Assembly: GCA_964016885.1 (NCBI GenBank)
Contig: OZ024758.1
Span: forward strand, 28,706,001-28,770,000
From: Eledone cirrhosa
Taxonomy: Eukaryota
Direction: 5' to 3'
DNA length: 64,000 nucleotides
The notes under the pieces were generated by a model, which was given only the letters and a program-made list of their open reading frames with translations, had not been told where the DNA came from and ran no database searches. A program made the translations under genes and the position numbers. Positions 62,654-64,000 of this stretch are shown piece by piece (position 1 is the first letter of the stretch; each line of letters begins with the position of its first letter).

Positions 62654-63000
62654 GGAGGCACATGGCTTAGTGGTTAGAGCATTGGCCTTGCAATCGAAAG
62701 GTTGTGAGTTCAATTCTCAGATCGGGTGATGTGTTGTTTCCTTGAGCAAGACACTTTATTTCACATTGCTCCAGTTTACTCAGCTGTAGAAATGAGATGA
62801 TAGGGACTGCGGTCCCTATCATTCCACTGCAAAGTGGTCGTGGAGGTGCCACGGCAAAAAAGCACCCAGCACTCATTGTAAATGAGGTTGGTATAAGGAA
62901 GGGCATCCAGCTGTAGAAATCAAGCCAAAATCAGTTCCCGTCCCACCCTTGCAAGCAGGGAAAAGTGGACGTAAAATGAAATGAAATGAAATTGAAATGA
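62654..63000 (+). mobile_element. tRNA-derived SINE, full length (A/B boxes, CORE-like body, RTE-type tail)
   Basis: TGGCTTAGTGG A box, GTTCAATTC B box, CCTTGAGCAAGACACTT core, GGAAGGGCATCC module, GGACGTAAAATG plus simple-repeat tail. Confidence 0.85.
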
Positions 63001-63194
63001 ATGAAAAAGATTAATTCATGCTACAAATGACACTTTTGTAAGTGACAAAAACAAATGTGTAATAAGAACATGAGAGACATGTAGGATGGGAACATTAGCT
63101 GACATCTGTTTAAAGACAAATCATTTGAATGTAGGTTACTATATTTGCATTTTACAAATATCAAATGAAAGCATATCTATTATTATTATTGTGT

Positions 63195-63572
63195 AGGTAG
63201 AGGGTCGGACGCTATGCTTTGACGCATAGAGTTACGGCCCTTGCCATTCAAATCCTACCGAGGTTAACTTTGCCTTTCATCCTTACGGTGTCAATAAAAT
63301 AAAGTACCAGTAATATACTGGGATAAATGGTGGCCTTGTGCCAAAAGTAGAAACAATTAGTATTAGTGTTTCTACTTTTGGCACAAGGCCAGCAATTACC
63401 CCAGTGCATTACTGGTACTTTATTTTATTGACACCGTAAGGATGAAAGGCAAAGTTAATCCCGCCGAGGTTAACTTTGCCTTTCATCCTTACGGGGTCGA
63501 TAAACTAAAGTACCAGTAATACACTGGTATAATTGCTGGCCTTGTGCCAAAAGTAGAAACAATTATTATTAT
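63195..63572. mobile_element. MESC/Meta-like SINE with forward-inverted-forward triplication of its 3' half
   Basis: Copies at 63264-63355 (+), 63367-63458 (-), 63464-63561 (+). Confidence 0.8.
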
Positions 63573-64000
63573 TGCCTGCAAAGCAATTTTGTTGAAAGGT
63601 GGGTGAGAGAAGTGAGCATGGCCTGAGTGAATGGGCCCGCTGAGTGTAAACCTGTAGATTGTAGGAGTACAACTGGGACAGGGCCCTAAAGATCAGAGCA
63701 TCCGTGGATTTATGGGGGGGGGGGTTTCCACGAATGGCTCCCCCGTCTCCTCCCTATTGAGGAACCTTTGTTTTAATTTTATCTTTTTTTTTTAACATTG
63801 TTAAAATTTGTTTACACACAACCCATCCCCAACCCACCCACCCACACACACACATACATATACACACGAACACTCACACATACATACACACACGAACACC
63901 AACATACACACACACTCTATGTTTTCGTCCTGTACCATTAATAAGACCCTAAGATGCTAACGTATCTGCAGGGTTGCTGCTCATTAATAAGACCCTAACA

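Noticed and set aside
62654-62730. tRNA gene call (also at 5967, 15927, 40760-40831, 57272)
   Set aside because: A and B boxes are present, but there is no paired acceptor stem and the sequence runs into SINE bodies.
63936-63997. Direct repeat CATTAATAAGACCCTAA at the window end
   Set aside because: Only two copies are visible before the edge, too little to classify.

Overview
AT-rich, repeat-dense animal genomic DNA. The SINE/MITE content suggests an octopod cephalopod, but that is inference. One spliced + strand gene dominates the window: the KMT2E(MLL5)/SETD5/UpSET orthologue, CDS 4289-49127. I rebuilt it by hand as 28-29 coding exons with consistent GT-AG phases, about 2,080 aa. It carries a DHNY HCF-1-binding motif, a PHD finger, a catalytically degenerate SET domain, conserved C-terminal motifs and a Pro/Gln-rich tail. 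The promoter and first exon were not found and probably lie upstream of the window. Introns and the 3' flank contain TTAA (piggyBac-type) MITEs, hAT MITEs, several tRNA-derived SINE families, RTE and CR1/Jockey-like LINE fragments, Penelope-like remnants and tandem arrays. The most notable observations are: (1) type-I hammerhead-ribozyme motifs in introns, one on the sense strand inside a 109-bp inverted repeat; (2) a uORF whose stop overlaps the start codon (ATGA); (3) an 11-nt microexon plus 66-nt intron that restores a conserved motif; (4) a CpG-retaining intronic island; (5) SINE-derived minisatellites and fold-back structures. Nothing was computed or searched; homology statements rest on recalled family motifs.
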